DNA of 64,000 nucleotides, from the NCBI RefSeq assembly GCF_006345805.1, contig NC_043011.1, forward strand, positions 22,332,464-22,396,463, read 5' to 3'. Within the stretch, counting starts at the first letter, position 1. Every line of letters begins with the position of its first letter. The notes beneath the pieces were generated by a model. That model worked only from the letters and a program-made list of their open reading frames with translations, was not told the origin of the DNA and searched no databases. Positions 62,619 to 64,000 of this stretch are shown here, piece by piece. The stretch comes from Octopus sinensis (lineage: Eukaryota). The position numbers and the translations under genes were made by a program.

Positions 62619-64000
62619 AACTGGAGTGTGTTAAATTATAAGGCACTAAAAGAGAATGACTCTTCCCAGACACAACAGTATAAATATAATTAGGTAGATT
62701 AACTGGAAAATCAGGAGAATGTAAGTTTGTTGTATTTGTCCATAGACAGGTAAATATCCAGAGTGTTCTTACTCTAACCTCACAGGTAACGGAAAGGAGA
62801 ATCTGGGAAATTCTTAATAGCTGTTTCTGGGCCTTGTTGATCAGTAAGTGTAGTATTATACATTGTTTATACATATACATGATGTAAATTGGGGTTAGTG
62901 AATGCATATGCCAATAACACAAATTAAAATTATAATAGTACTTACACCAGTGATTTTGAACTGGGGTTCATATAAGATTCTGTGGGGAGCCAAAATACTA
63001 AATAGCAAAATATTAAATTGGAGATCCACAGTAGTATTTTAAGCATCCATATATGTATTGCAAGAAACAGATTAGTTTCTTTCTCTAACATTGTACATAG
63101 TTCAACCTATATAAGGGAATGAGTGAATAACAGAATATGAAAGAACTATCTATAAAATTAGTTCTTAGACACCAAATAGCTATAGGGGTCCACCAGAATA
63201 AAACAGTAAACAAAGGGGTCCATATGAAAAAAATAGTTGGGAACCTTATACCATCATTAGAAGTAAATAAAATTTTGGCAGTTGAAGGTAATTAAAAAAA
63301 ATGTAAATACAAAGCCCATCACAGTAGAGGAAGAGAGTAATAGAGTAGGTAATAGAAGGCTTAAAAGTAAGAACACTATCTATAATATGTTAGAAGTATG
63401 GGAGGGCATAAATAGAGTGATATTTACAAGTCCCTTAATCCCTTGGGAGTTGTTGGAGTACTACAGCCATGCAATGTATCTAGGGTGAGAAAGTCTTGTG
63501 GAGCCCCTCCCTCTCCTGGCAAAACTCATTTCTATAGCTGAGTGGACTGGGGTAACATGAAATGAAGTGTTTTTCTCAATAACACAATGGATTGCCTGGT
63601 CCAAGGATTGAAACCGCAATTTTACGGTCATGAATCCAATATCCTAACCACTAAGCAATGTGCCTAGACTAGTGGTACTCATTTCTACAGCTGAGTGGAC
63701 TGGAGCAACATGAAGTGAACTGTTTTGCTCAAGAACACAACGCATCACCTAGTCCAGGAATCGAAATCACAATTTTATGATTGTGAGTCCAACACTCTAA
63801 CCATTAAGCCATGTGCCTCCACTTGATATATAGAAGAACAAAAACCTAAAAAAAAAAAAATGGAGAAAGGTGAGAAGACTGAAGATACATAGAAGAGATG
63901 GTGGGATGTAACAAAGTAATGGTCAGCCTCTTAAAAGACAGTAAGGCGACCCCCAAAGAGTGTATGAACCTCAGAAGATATCAAAGAAATATTAAAGCAA

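Overview
AT-rich, repeat-dense animal genomic DNA. The SINE families and (TA)n/(GT)n/(GATA)n microsatellites look like an octopus or other coleoid cephalopod; this is pattern recognition, not a database match. I can support one protein-coding gene: HBS1L on the minus strand, built by hand from six coding exons (38390-38348, 30104-30027, 26513-26364, 24279-24145, 22457-22410 and a ~1.8 kb terminal exon ending at 15686). The terminal exon does not encode the eRF3-like GTPase of Hbs1. It encodes a low-complexity region ending in PFDFSTPSPDDVVKTRQ, the exosome-binding signature of the Ski7-like short isoform (HBS1LV3), predicted at about 751 aa. Its 3' splice site has a distant branch-point candidate, a 175-nt AG-free zone and tandem AGs overlapping a GTAAGA donor. 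I found no GTPase exons in the 15.6 kb downstream. The rest is decayed mobile DNA: SINEs, RTE/CR1/Tx1-like LINEs, Gypsy, Penelope-like elements (one with a hammerhead-like core), Tc1/mariner, hAT, piggyBac-type and Merlin-like MITEs, Helitron-like elements and microsatellites. Almost all other ORFs in the track are repeat or antisense artefacts. Repeat boundaries are approximate unless TIR or TSD coordinates are given.
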